64,000 nt of DNA from Ptychomitrium polyphyllum (lineage: Eukaryota): positions 3,472,001 through 3,536,000 of the forward strand of contig OZ316776.1 of NCBI GenBank assembly GCA_973851085.1. The letters run 5' to 3'. The notes beneath the pieces are model-generated. The model made no database searches, had not been told where the DNA came from, and worked only from the letters and a program-made list of their open reading frames with translations. A program made the translations under genes and the position numbers. This document shows positions 11,901 through 25,250 of this stretch, one piece after another. How positions within the stretch are numbered: position 1 is the first letter of the stretch; every line of letters begins with the position of its first letter.

Positions 11901-13947
11901 TGGTCAAGATTCTCGGTCAACTACTTTTTCGGTCGAAACCTTAGCCGTGATGGTATGTTCTGCCTACTGTCTCATCTGGAGAATCTCAAACAAAATAATA
12001 CAAAGGAACTCCTCATTTCACCTACTAAGTTTGTGCCAGTGGTATCTAGACTAGAAGATGCTATTAGGGACTAAAAAAGCCGTAATAACGAGTATAAAAG
12101 TAGTTCCTTAAAAACTGTATTTTCAAAAAACTCCATCGTCACCCTTCTCCACAACGGCAAGGAAGCAACCCGAGGTGCTACCTGCGGCATAAACTCAGTG
12201 ACGATCATCATGGGGGTGCTTTGAGTTACTGCTCCGAGAAACTGGACCACGTTTGGATGTCTCATCTTTTGTAGGAGTTCAAGTTCGTCTCTGAACCCAA
12301 TACTGCAGGAAAAAATACCATCAACCAATATAATGGGCAACTTCATGAAAAATGATCGTGCTATTTTTATAACTAAATCCCCACGCACTAGAATCTGTCT
12401 TATTGCTTCCTCTGAAAACATCTACCGTTGCAGATCTCGCATTCCCATCTACTTCATCTCTACGCTACTTCCAAGTCTGCTAACCGACGTGTCGAAGCTA
12501 CACATCTAAATCCCAAAGTATGAAATAGAGCATAAAACTGGTGGTCTTTGCAACAACTGAAATGGATCATAAGAAAATGCTTCTACATTAGATAAATGAA
12601 ACTACTTACAATGCTTCTTCTGAGAAATCCACACTTGACAGCACCTTCACAGCGACTCTTGTTCCATGCCACATTGCTACTCGATACTTACTACCCTGAA
12701 ACCAAGCGAAAGCAATTAATAAATACATCAGACTCTCCTGACGCTATAACCACTGAAGCACGAAACTGAAAACCACAACATTCAAGCATGGTCACGAGTT
12801 TATTAAAGGGTATGGCTTCCGCATGGCTATCTCCACAGCTGGTAGGTGAAAATAAGGCTCTAGACACGCAATTGTAAGCCCTCCAATTTCTAATAACAAA
12901 AATTCACGTGTCAAACAACACTAACAGGATTTATCCATCACCTTTCAGGTTTTTACTATTCGCAATTAGGCCAAAGGTCAAGTTGACGTTAAAATTGAAG
13001 ACCTAAACTTACCTCTGGCATCTTGTACTTGGTTTCTCTGAAAACGAGCTGTTGAGGAATAATCTCGTACTCAGGAATTTCTCTCTGAGTAGCCACTCGC
13101 ATGGACGAAGTCTGCAAAAGAACAATAAGAATGTCAGAGAACGGCCTGGTCAAAAAATAAGGGTCGTTTTATACAGAACAGCTCGTAATGAATATTGTAT
13201 ACTCCAAGGGTAAAGAGTAAATGCTGAACCACTAAAGTGTAGTGCTTTACCTTTAATCTGGCACCATTCTGTTCCAGCAATTTGCAGACATCCACGTTGT
13301 TATAATGTCTAGCATCCGCCAATGGCTACCCACAGAAACATATCCACCAGTACAATAGGTTAGAGGGAACTCAAACTGTAAGTTGGCCAAACTATCTGGA
13401 AAGAACTAACGGAGACTACGCTTAAAGTCAAAAAAGGGCAAAATGGTGTGTTCTGAGCAGGCACCCACTCTGCAATTGTAACAGCAGTGTCAGAAACTAC
13501 CCAAACAATCCATGACTATCAAAAGGCTTATTTCACTAAGAATGTGAGATCATTAGAAAAGACAAATGCCATAAACAGAGAGGAGGAACATACTGTGCTG
13601 CCCCATCGATCAGCACGGTTAACGTCAGCACCCTTGCTTATAAGAAACTCAACCACCTTCAAATGGCCCTCACAGGCTGCCAAGTGCAAGGCTGTGCGGT
13701 CATCAAAGTCAGCAGCGTCAACACTCAAGCCTTCTTCTAGCAACTGTTTTAGGCCTTCAACATCGCCTTTGCAAGCACAATAGAGAAGCCCAGCCACCTG
13801 TTCCAGGTCCTTGGCTGAATTCAGCTCAGGAGAGTTGGATCTAATATCTCTACTGTTGTGATTCTCATCGGATTTCTTCTCTTCGGGTTGCAGTGATGAC
13901 GATCTTCCAAACGCAATTCTACCTCCTACCATTTTAACCTCCTCCAT
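8923..13947 (-). CDS. Ankyrin-repeat Raf-like protein kinase (integrin-linked kinase / VIK-BHP group), multi-exon
   Basis: Ankyrin exon LLYCACKGDVEGLKQLL...DFDDRTALHLAACEGH...DRWGST|PLADARHY. Kinase motifs WHGTRVAVK, RHPNVVQFLGAVTQSTPMMIVTEF, HRDLKPS|N, DFGLS, RYMAPEL, DVFSF and LIEQCWSKTPSGRPSF. The 3' end is uncertain; the probable last exon is near 8923-8963. Confidence 0.92.
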
Positions 13948-15063
13948 TTTAATGTTTTACGATAGCCTTCAAATATTATCGAAATATATTTGAAAGTCTT
14001 ACAACTTCAAACGCTAAATTCTGCTTCCGATCACTTCTTGACCAGCTGTGTGAACTGTTGTTGCTCTGACTCATGAGCTTGAAGCTGGGCTAATCTCAAT
14101 CTGCATTACCAAAAAACAAGTTTTCCAGTGAGCATCAATAAATACAACGCACCATGGAGGATATGCCTTGCTGGTAAAATGTGAAATCAATATATGGTAA
14201 TCCAATACCCTCTTTTAAGGACAGGGGCAAAATAATTCAGACGCATGAACACCTGCTGCAAACGAAAAAGTACTGTAATAATTTTTTTACGGTAACCGAT
14301 TCCCGTGCGTCGATGTAAAGCCCAACTATCCATATGACCAACATGGGGACTGAAACGTTCTCAGAAACCGCAAATAGGAATTACGAGTAGAAACATTAAA
14401 CCCACACTTCTGCTCTTATTAATGCATGCTCTGAACCTCAGATTAGCAGCGATTTCAAATAAACCAGACCGATCAATTCACACTACTTTCCCGTTTGCTA
14501 GTCTAAAAACAAACTAACCTAACCTAAATCACAAAGGAATAGATCCACAACATGGTGGCCACGCTAAAGCTTCCAGCAGCAGCAGTACAATTGCTTCTGA
14601 AGATCATTCACGACATTCGATAGCCTACACTTTTAAGAGATCAAGAGAAATGGATAACAACATCCTACGTCATTGTAATCAAGAATCTTTACCCCACAAG
14701 TCAGAAAACAGTTTTCAATAGTCTCTAGTTCACGTTACGTTGAACGCATTGAGGGGTGTTCCACTCCCATGCCGCCAGCCTGGAAACAAGACAAACCCAC
14801 ATCAAACTCACACCACAAATCTGTAAGCTCATCACAGATCCTCCACAAAAGAGCATACCCTGTCGACCAATCCGGTGTCGGTAACAGAAATCTGTACACT
14901 TTCGAACATTAAAAGGTCCGGAAACTCCTCGATTCACCAACAACGCCCAATGCCAAGGAGAGCACACTAAATCTGCAGCTCATAAACCTAATTCTGGAAT
15001 CTGCACTAAACCACACACAACCCCCGAGGCTCAAAACACTCACGTCCTTCCACTTGAATGCAC

Positions 15064-15100
15064 CTCTCTCTGTCTCTGTCTCTGTCTCTAGCTCTGTCTT
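15064..15100. repeat. (TCTCTG)n microsatellite in the kinase 5' intron/leader
   Basis: cctctctctgtctctgtctctgtctctagctctgtct read directly. Confidence 0.75.
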
Positions 15101-17268
15101 TCTTTCTAACACACAGACCTTTCACAGAACCAAAGCTCCGCATCGACGTCAAGCGCTTCAGATCCAAACGCCCACTTCACGTCCAACCAACAACACTCAC
15201 TCTCACACTCCCAAACCGCATGCCCGCAGAAAACCGCAATATAACTTACTCTGCTCTAGTGGATATATCACTCCGCGGATCTCGAATCCCCGCATCGAGA
15301 TCCGACCTGGGAGTGCAACCGCACGTCGAAACTCCTCGTGACAGCTCGCGATGCAGGTACAAATGCGCGTAGTCGTCAGCCTCAGAATCCAAAAACTCGC
15401 AGAAAACTCGAAAATACTCGGAAAAGCTCACGCTTTGGAGAAAACCTCCCCAAGACACGCAACCCAGTTGGGCCTGCAGGGGCGACCACTCAACTGGCCA
15501 ACTAGCCCGGCCACAACGACGACGCAGTCTGCCATATCCGCCACCGCCCCTCCCATGCCGCCGCTCCGCCCCTCTCTGCGCCATCTTTTCTTCTCTCTGC
15601 TGCCCCCGCTGCCCTGCTGCCCGCCCTCACAGGCCCCCTGCGGAACTCCCCCTCCACGGGCAGCTCGACCATTCGAGAAGCATACACCTCAAACCCCGTT
15701 ATAGCACCCAAAAACCACTTTATGTACTCCTGTAGTACATTTCACTAGAAACGGTCTACAAGTATCCGGATTCAGACGCAGTTACTGATTCAGGTTTTCT
15801 GTAGTGTAAGCCGACGGTAGATAATGTCGGATTTTTGGGTGCCGTGACGCGTTTTCGGAATTGAGTACTTTTTTGGCCGGGCTGCCCATGGATTGGAGTG
15901 TTGTCTAATTTTGTTGCGCACGGCGGTCGTGACGCAGGTCACCGACACGGTTTTAGGCGTCACCAGGGAGTCCGAGTAGTGGTAGGTTCGGCGATTATAT
16001 AAATAATTATCATTTAAATAATCGCCGAACAGTGGGTTGGTGGTGGAGTGTGAAGAGGTGCTTTTTCTTAGTTTGTGGAAAGTGGAACTGGATTGTGACA
16101 TAGATCTCGCATGGGTTTTTGGTTTGAGTGATGTCAGCTGCTTGGGGTGGGACACGTGGGCTGCCTGGGGACTTTGGGTCTTCCCAGATCTGCACATGTG
16201 CGGAATCAAATCAACTCTTGGGACTGTGATATTCATTTTATTCTTTTAGTTTTATTCTTTCATTTTGCTAATTTTCTTTATTCGATGTTTGTAAAATACT
16301 ATAAAAGCATTTTGTAAGATCCTTGTTTTTTTTATTCAATAACTATTTAATGCAGTTCTATGTTTCATATATTCCTTTTCTTTGCTTAGTAGGCCATGGA
16401 TCTTTTAAAAAATACATTTATAAATTGATTATTTTTATGGATTTAGCATTTGATTTCCTACTCCTTATAAAATTAAATTAAAATTTTGATACTTTTGTAA
16501 ATCTTTATGAATTTTTATGAATCATTTAGATGTATAATAAATAATACATTGCAAAAAAACTATATAAAATCTAATAAGAAAAATAAGTTTTAGCTATCAT
16601 TAATGGAAGTCAAAGTGTTCATTCATTACATAGTTATGTTACAAATTTCAAATGAAGTACAGTGAAGTTTTTTCTTAAAAAATGTATCACTTAAAGAAAT
16701 CAAAGAAAAAGAATTTTGAAAACTCTATAACCTTTTTGTTAAACTTTCTTTTATTAATATACCTTTACATTATATAATTTTTAATATTTATAAATTCGTC
16801 ACTACTTTATATTATTAAAAATAAAAGTTAATTAAAACATTTTTAAAGATATTACATGGTTTTAATAATATTCCTTATTTGTGCAATAATTAACCCTCAT
16901 TTTAGTTATAATATCACCTCCTTGTTTGTTTTCAGAAACCACGCCCCATGTATTCCTTGTCTCCATTTAACCCGAGATTGAATCTCTAATAGAAACTCAA
17001 AGCACGCCCATGCAAGCGAAGCCAATACCAAAACCCGTCACTGTCCCCCAAAAACCGACATCAAATTCGAATTCTATACATTACACTCCCTAAAATCAAC
17101 GTTTCTAGACAAAGTCGCCTTTCGCAGTGACGTCCCTCACAACACAAGACTTCAACATCATCTAAGTTCGAGAAGATTTACCTGTGATCCAAGTGTAAAC
17201 TCCTGGTAGATGTAAGAGGTTTAGGCACAGAAACGGGATTAGGGGGGCGGGCGAAGGCGAGCGAGGCA

Positions 17269-17277
17269 AAACCCTAA
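17269..17277 (+). promoter_or_regulatory. Telo-box AAACCCTAA upstream of the CBP20 start
   Basis: Motif lies about 170 nt upstream of the ATG. Telo-boxes are typical of plant translation and RNA-processing gene promoters/5'UTRs. Function here is not shown. Confidence 0.4.
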
Positions 17278-17439
17278 TTGCGGAGACGAGAGTGCAGAGG
17301 AGAGAAGCTCATCGCCATAGCTCTGAGGGCAGGGACGGAGGAGGTCGAGGCGAGGGAAAGGAGGCCAGCCAAGGATGTGACCACAAGGCGCCGTGGACAG
17401 CATTCTTAAATCCCGTCTGCATTGGGAAAACGGCACCCG

Positions 17440-20060
17440 ATGGCTCGGCTTTTCAAGGTCACAATCGATCGCTAAACCCTACTGTGGAGGTTTCGTGTTT
17501 CTGGGATACTCTCTGTAGTTTCGCTCGTCGATTGGGAAAGTGAAGTGAAGTGAGGTTCGTTGGTTCGGAAGAGCCGCTATTCGTTTGCATGGAGTCTTGT
17601 AATGTGGAATTTTTTTCTAACGGGGTGGATTGGTCGTTGAGAGGTGGAGTATTTTAGGTTCGGTCTTTTGGGATTGGGGCTCTGTTGTGTTTCAGCATTT
17701 GACACAAGAGAGTTGGCTTAATAGTTATCGGTCGGTTTCTAGGCATTGGCAAGCGTGGACGTTTGGATTAGGGCTCGATTTTAATCTTCTGATTTGAAAT
17801 TAACATTTAGGGCGCCACTAGGGTAAGTACGATTAGGAGAATGAGTCTACTGATATTCGAAGCAGGTGGAGTGTATTATGAAATAGTGTTTACACGTGAG
17901 GATACTAGCATGGAAAAAGTCCAATGCGCATTGTTTTTATTCAGAATGTGCATAGTGGTCATGAGAGAGCTCATTTCCGCATTCTGGACCATTTTGTGAG
18001 ATCTTTCATAGTACTGTAGTGTTTCTTTGTTTTGCTGAAGTGCGGGTATTTACAAACCTGAGGCGTTCTTGCGCACTCGTTCAGCGGGTTTCTATTGGAG
18101 CATTAAGCTATCAACTGTATTCCAGAGAAAGGGACCTGCAGAGGTGTTGGAATTTTGTGGGATGAGGCACTGAACGGTGTACTGGCTGTATGCAGAATCC
18201 AGATCAGCTATCGGCGTACAGGGATCGTAGATTCCTGGGATCACAAGATGAATTCGAGACTGCTCTTCGCACTTCGACCACTGTGTATGTCGGGAATCTT
18301 TCTTTCTATACCACCGAGGAACAGATCTATGAGGTTTTTTCTCGCACTGGGGAGTTGAAGAAGATCACGATGGGTCTCGACAAGAACAGTAAAACCCCAT
18401 GTGGATTCTGCTTTGTTCTGTACGTGTCTACAATTTTGACTCGACTTGAGATATCCGCTTGTCACTCTATGTTCATAATTGGATGTGCTGTTTATTTCTC
18501 AACGTAGCAGTTTTTAATCACCAGCATTAGAACCAGAAGAGATTGGGATCGACGCTAATTTTAGGTTTCCTGGTCAGATTCTATACAAGGGAGGATACTG
18601 AGGATGCTGTCAAATATATTAGTGGGACAATTTTGGACGATCGGCCTATTCGTGTGGACTTCGATTGGGGTTTCCAAGAGGGTCGGCAATGGGGTCGCGG
18701 AAGGAGTGGTGGCCAGGTTATGCTCTTTATATTTAAAGTGATTTTACTCCATAAATATGAGTCGTTTTGTGTCATGTCGCTGACATTTTTTCACACTTGC
18801 GTTCGTGGATGTTGAAATTTTGATAATGGCAGGTGCGCGATGAATACCGCACAGATTACGATCCAGATATCCTCTACTGCGTTGCTTTTGCCTTTGCCTT
18901 TGCTCTTTTTTTTAAAAGCTTGTGCAGCTTGTGCCGTGGATTTATTTCTAAGTGAAATATATGAAAGAATGAGAAATCCTGCTCTATCGAAATATCAATA
19001 GTTGTGTTTTCTCCTTAATTTGAAACGATTGCACGGAGAGGAGGCTATGGGAAGTTGGTACAGAAGGAATTGGAAGTACGGCGGCAGCTGGTGGAATATG
19101 AACAGCCTGTTGGCATGGGAGGAGTTCAATATCCTGGCTTGGGTGATGGAGGTGGAGGTGGAGGTGGGGGTGGAGGAAATGAATTCAGGCGTAAGGACCC
19201 TTACAGATAGTAGAATAGATTATTAATAATCAGTATCTTTAGAAAGAGGAAGTTTGTGTGTACATGCACAGGTGAATGTACACTGTCTACTTTGATTATT
19301 GTGCAGAACATAAACCAAAGATTTAGACTGGTAGAGTGGCATCTGTTCTTGATATACTTTGAGGTTGATCATCAATATGTAAAGGTGATTGGTGATGGTA
19401 CCGGCTTTAACTTTTTGAATTTTGCCAGGTGGAAGAGATCGCCATGGTTATGGAGGAAACCGTCTCAGAGGTGAGTTGTCGTTTGATTATCATGACCACG
19501 GGCGTGGTCTGTTTCTTGAGTTCATTACTTAGTTCTTTAGTTTTATCCTCTGTTAAGTTGTGCTATATGTTTTCATTTTTCTACTTGGTGCTCCTCTCAC
19601 TCATTAGATTACTAGTAATCAAAGTTTGAATTTTTTGTCGCATGTTCCGAGGATGGAGAGGTATTATTATTCTTCTTCTTTCTTGCCGAAAAGTTTTGAC
19701 GATTACATTTTGTTGCTTGCAGATGGGAGGAAGAGATACAGAGATGAAGATGCTCCACCTGCAGATGGTGTGAAGAGACCAGATAGAGAGCAGAAAGTTG
19801 TAAGTTGGTCGAAACACCCAAGGAGTCTCAATATCTGACTTTAATATTTTCGTGTCCTGCTTAACGAAATCGCTCTTGTATCGATGTGATGGATCGATTA
19901 TATATACATTGGTAGCTTTTTCATCTATAGTATAGCTCCAGGGTTTTTAGGGCTTCATTGATGCTAACACGTACACAATTTGTTGTAGGAAAAGAACCCT
20001 AGGTTTCGAGAAAAGGGTGATTCTGATGAAGAGGATGGAGGTGATGGAGGGAAAAGTTAG
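17440..20060 (+). CDS. CBP20: Nuclear cap-binding protein subunit 2 (RRM), 8 exons
   Basis: Exons 17440-17457 (MARLFK), 18196-18419 ([39 protein letters not shown]), 18578-18716 ([29 protein letters not shown]), 18833-18866 ([11 protein letters not shown]), 19035-19190, 19429-19471, 19723-19799 (RKRYR NLS-like) and 19989-20060 ([16 protein letters not shown]..stop). Confidence 0.96.
18867..19034 (+). other. U12-type (minor spliceosome) AT-AC intron in CBP20
   Basis: 5' ATATCCTCT at 18867, branch site TCCTTAAT at 19012-19019, 3' AC at 19033-19034. Removing it restores the conserved [18 protein letters not shown] frame. Confidence 0.93.
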
Positions 20061-22089
20061 AGGTGGGTTGTTATCTATATGCATTTGGTCAGTATTTGTC
20101 TCATTTTATGCCGTGTGATGAGGTAGGTGTCTGTTGAAGGATGTAGTGTGTACTGCTGGTAAAAGATGTTATGATGATTTGTTGTTTCTGTCGGTTACAT
20201 GACCAGAATCAGGTTTTTCAAGTGTTTAGTGTTGTTGATATTAACTATCATCTCTGTGGCAGAAAAACAACGCTTCCATTTTGTGGTTCAGCAATCCAAG
20301 TTACATGATTCTATTCAATTACCATGCCAGGCTTACAAACAACTTCAAGCTCACTTATGCCACATTGCTGCTTTTTGTTTTTGAAACTCTCTTGCAGAGA
20401 TTTACTGAAAAGCAGTATCGTGCCGATGCCATGTATGGACTACGAAAGCTCATTTCGCAACTGGAATTACTTTCTACATTCACGATTTGTAGGACATGTG
20501 AGTGATGTTCAATCCAGGATTCACAATACTATGCTTTCTGTTGAAGAAGATAGTGCGGTAGTTGGTTGGAATGTCCAAGTACCACATTTCTGGAGATATA
20601 TGTTGGTAATGGGCTAGGTCACAGTTGCTTGATAGTTAAGTGGTGTTTTGATGGGATCAGTGCTGTTATGAAAGGATGGTTCTAATCATATGATTGAGGT
20701 TATTTTTGATGTACAAGTATTATGTATTTAAGTTCAAATTTGATGAGAATATTAGAAGCGTAATTTCATTTATTTTTCAATATGTTTCAGTGGTTATATC
20801 CAACACCTATAGTATCCATTGATTCAAAGAAATTCGTCGGAATAGGTGCTATGTGGCAATGAAATGGAACATTCGCCAGAACTGACGTATGCCACAAAAA
20901 CGTTCCTTTATCACAAGATGTACTGTATAGTTTCGCTCAAAGCTTAATGAAATCTCTGCAGAAAAAGCTGCATCCTTAAACACATCTAGATGACATGTTC
21001 TAAGAAAGGCTTTGACAAGGTCGAAGTCAATTAGTGAAGTAATTTCGCCTCTAGTAAAAGGCGGTTGAGAAATCGGCATGTGTTCCGCATACTGTGTCGG
21101 ATCAGGGACACAACCTTGGTTACCAGGAAAGCCAAGCGCTCATTATTGTAAACAGCATTGCACAAGGGCACTTAGATATCCGTTCCCAAACCCTTAATAG
21201 GCTTACACTATAAGTAACCTTGAGTTAGCTCGTTCGTGTGAGCTACTTGATCATCAATAAAAAAAAACCCCTACGACGTGACCTCGCCTTTGAACGCAAA
21301 GATCGACTCTTCAGGTCAAATTTCTGTTAAACCGTCATGACTGCAGAGGCAGGCAATACAGATGGTAACTTTTCATCATCAGAGTCAAACCCAAGCAAAG
21401 AACTCTTTATAGAAGCGACCCTAAACAACCAACAAACTCAAGGCCGTAGATCTACGAGCTAAGGAGCAACGACCCATCATCTTAAGTTGAAAGATGTCGC
21501 TGAAAGAACACCAGAACAGCTCGAGTAACCGAACGCCCTTGGAACAATCAGCGTGCTTGCACATCAATCTTTGCACACATAGTTTAGCTGAACGGCACTC
21601 ATCAATCGACCAACTTCAGGAATGTGCAAGGTCACAGAGGAATCCCAACACGAAAAACATCTACTAGACAGAAGGAACAATCCTTACAACCATAAAACAG
21701 TCAAATAGCACTATCAAAGGAGACGAACAACGACAACCCAGAAAGAGAAGTAGGACAGAGAGGTAGAAGGATGATAAATAATGGCCACCAAGCCAAGCTT
21801 GTGAAGTATGTCTCTGATTAGGGTTAGGGTTTCTGTCAGCCTAGTTAGGATTCCACAAAATGAATGAACAGAATTCATCTCATGAATGAATTCCATCTGA
21901 TCAAGCTCTCTATCCTACTTCTCGAGCACAACGCGAGAGCAAGCAGTATTCTCATTTTGTGGACTGTGTTTCATGGCTGTTTTCTGTGGATCACTCCAGG
22001 AATACCTGGGAATCATCCCCAAGTAAAATAACTTAAGCTTCTTCGTAGGCTACAGAAACCTTTTCCCATTCATGTGAGTATTAGGTTTT

Positions 22090-22340
22090 TGTATGTAGTA
22101 TGAAAAGAAACCTCATTAGTCCTGTCCTCTTCATCCGTCTGTCCGTCTGCATTAAGAACTAAATACATTTTTTAACTTTTAACTTTTTAACTTTTTCATG
22201 GATTTACCTTTTTTTAATTTTATCTTTTATTTTCTATTGCTTTTTTGTTTTATTTTTTACTTAATTTTTTATTTTTACAATTGTACAAAAAAAAATTGTT
22301 GAATACTATTACATCCAAGATGTGGTCACCTTACTTTTAC
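22090..22340 (+). mobile_element. Dispersed AT-rich repeat, copy 1 (probable non-autonomous TE remnant)
   Basis: Colinear similarity with 48580-48830: GTATGTAGTA..AAGAAA.CCT..TAGT..TGTCCT at the start, TTTTA(C/G)AATTGTA(C/G)AAAAA..AAT(A/G)CTATTA(C/T)AT..AAGATGTG near the end. Confidence 0.55.
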
Positions 22341-23406
22341 AAGATATCACCACAATGGAATTTGAGTATTACTTGAATACTAGCATCTTCTAATGGTAAA
22401 ACGTTTTGAATGATTGTTTTTAAAATCTAAAAATGTAGAGGTTGATTCACAATCAATGCAAGGAGAATATTTTCCTGAGCACTTGGAAAGAATTGATGCC
22501 TTTTATATATCAAAAGGTGATTACACAAGGTGGTACCTATTAAACATTGATAGTTTACTTTCCTCCTCTTTTTCTTAAATTGTGAATATCACACTCCTAT
22601 TCCATTTTTGTGCAAGGATGCACGCATACATGATTTATAGTGTTTTTTCTTTTGCTATAAAAACTGCTCATCTGATGCATTTTTATTGTTCGCTGATCTT
22701 CACAACCAGTTCATTCCTTACATGTCCTTACAAGGAGGCCGCCCTGCTTTGTGATTTTCATGGATTAACAGCCATCTCTTGTTTTCCTGTGCTTGGTTTT
22801 AAGCTTCAGGCTTTCTTGGGCAAAAACTTCTGTTGACCACTGTAAGGTGTTCACATTTAGGAAGGAGCTATGGAGTGAAGACAAAGTTTAGCTGGAAAAT
22901 GTAATGATCCACAATTTAGGCATATTCACCTTCAGAACTGCTGGTGTGTCCTGAGTTTCATTCAGTTGAAAGTTGCACTACTTATCCTCTCCTCTTTGTT
23001 GTCTGCTACTATCTAGGTTCTGGTCGAAGATGATGAACTCCCACCTGACCTGCTTTCTTTTGACCAAGGTTGGAGTTTTGTTTGAGATAATGTTTGAGTC
23101 AGATATTGTGAAAACTCCCACCGATTGAAGGAGATCTCCAGTGTCTACAAGTATGCTGCACTAGCCTGCAGTATGAAGCAGGACACATATCACACAAACT
23201 AAAATATTTGGTGGGTTGGAACTGAAGTACCTTGCCTTTTCTCGCCGTTAAGCCTTTCACACCTCCTGAAACAGAGACGAACCAGATAGAAAAACATGGA
23301 GGAAAATGCTGAAACGATATTAAATTTGTATCACAAATGACTTTAGTCATGCATCTGGCCGGCATGCATTGGGAACTGCAACCAGAGAGGGACAAGAGAG
23401 TGGTAA

Positions 23407-23866
23407 GGTGGACCCGAGCATCTTCGCCGCCTTGATCGAGACGTTAGTGGATGCAGTGTTGCTTATCCTTAGCTATGCCAGGAATCATCCGCCAGGTTTG
23501 CGGTGTTTTCAGGCCCATCTGTTTGATACTACGACGTGTAGACAAAGATGGAAGACCACAGTACGGGCAACCAAAAGCCTTCCAGAAGAGTTCCCGTATA
23601 AAACTCAAATAGATTCCGTTTGTGCTCAACATCATCATCTGAACATCCGAGCCTTTGAAGCTACAAAGATCATCACGCTTCTGTAAAATAATATTCTCCC
23701 TCTACCATTTTTCTCAAGGGACAGTCACAAGAGGACTAAACAATATTGGCTACCATTCAAATTCTTGGTACTGTACCTTCGTGAAAGGCTTTTTTCGAAG
23801 ATACCAGTTCGGGTGGTACTGCACTCCAACGAAACAGGTAAAGTGGTGTTCTTGGAGCGTTGTGGT
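23407..23866 (+). pseudogene. Highly degenerate RluA-family RNA pseudouridine synthase relic (tentative)
   Basis: GGPEHLRRLDRDVSG (23407-23451) resembles the HRLDRxTSG catalytic motif. Downstream KQYW (23738-23749) and RVVLHSNETGKVVFL (from ~23810) resemble plant PUS3-type YWALV..KVLLDDGKTDRVVL. Multiple stops and frameshifts. Confidence 0.35.
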
Positions 23867-24035
23867 GTTCTCCTGCAAATGTTCTTGTTCACGCTAACTG
23901 TTCGTCATTTCTGCAGAAGAATCGAAGACCACTGGCGCTTGAATTGGTATTCTAGGCCACGGGTGTGTTTTTGTTCTTTGCATCGAGAGGGTTTAACAAG
24001 ACAGAGAAGTTTGTGAAGGATTTTATCTGCGCATT

Positions 24036-24871
24036 ATGCCTTCCGTGGAAGACAAGCGTGTGCTAGATGTGCCGCTTGAGCGCGCATGGAAGATCGCCAA
24101 GAACTCGCATACGCTCCTGCCGCAGCTGATGCCAGAGATTTTCGAGAGCATTGATCTAGAAGAAGGCGACGGCGGCCCTGGCAGCATCTTTGTCCTTACT
24201 ATGGGGCCGGGTACAGCTTTTCTCTCCTCGCCTCTCAGAACATGGCCACATTAGGAACACAATTTCCTTAATAACCAACACCTTGAAATTTCGGTTTAGT
24301 AGCAAGTACAATAGGAGAACATTACTTCAAACTTCTAAAAAAGTCTATTTGCTAACAATATATACTTAAGGTAGATGTCAAATTTTTTATAGGAGATAGA
24401 GATGAGTTGCTGATATTGAGAACTGTCGCCATAAAAGTTCGGATTCCTAAAAGAATGGAACCTCACGATCGATAAGAAAGCTTCAAGAGAGACTAGAGTA
24501 TAGCCAAGTGTTAGTCTCAGGCGATGTAGGGAAACTTACGTTGACAAGTTTCGAACGAATGCTTCGCAGCGATGCCGGGCGGAAGAGGGAGGGTTGTAAG
24601 GGAGCGCGTGGATGTGCGAGACGACGACCGACACAAACTGAAGCACACCACAATTGAAGGAGGAGATCCCCGCTACAGCAGCTTCACATCCACCATCAAG
24701 TATGAAAGCGGGCCTTACAGAGGAAGCACGATCCGCACATGGACTGCGAAGTACACTCCCGCGGCAGGGCAGTCAGCCCCGCCTCCCGAGGACATGAAGC
24801 GCCTTACGGAGAAGATCACCGAGACTATCCACAGCTACGCTGCTGAGAATCCTGGCTACTGCGCATACTAG
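24036..24871 (+). CDS. PR-10 / Bet v1-like (START-fold) protein, 2 exons, 158 aa
   Basis: Exons 24036-24210 and 24570-24871 joined by a phase-1 GT-AG intron. Motifs LLPQLMPEIFESIDLEEGDGGPGS (Gly-rich loop), VRERVD and TIEGG. AATAAA at 24938. Confidence 0.92.
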
Positions 24872-25250
24872 AGCTGCCACACCTGAGCATCCTCACACGA
24901 GACCTACGCTTTAACCATCGCACCCTCAAACGCTTCCAATAAAGTTGTGGTCTGTAATATGCTCTTTATTAGTAATGCACAAGGTTTAGTTATGTCAGAA
25001 CCATGTCTTTATGATCAGGCTAAAGGTTTGCGGACTATGCCTTCAGAACATTTTGAACTCCTTATGACAAATTATGAGTATGAGACTAGCTGTATGTGCG
25101 TCTCTTTTGTAAGGATATGAAATATCAGTAAGCACTGTTAAGTTTAGGAGCCACATTCTCAACTTGTCTGAAACCTTTGAGCACTCATTTTACATGTTCT
25201 ATGTCATGAAAGCTTCACAAGCACTAATCATATGCAGCTGTAGGAGTAAA

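Noticed and set aside
15790..16249. 148-aa and overlapping ORFs upstream of the kinase
   Set aside because: Promoter-like sequence with no domain or splice support.
16230..16930. AT-rich island as a defined transposon
   Set aside because: No terminal repeats, TSD or coding remnant that I could identify.
21818..21832. TTAGGGTTAGGGTTT as an interstitial telomere
   Set aside because: Only about two units; consistent with a telo-box or chance.
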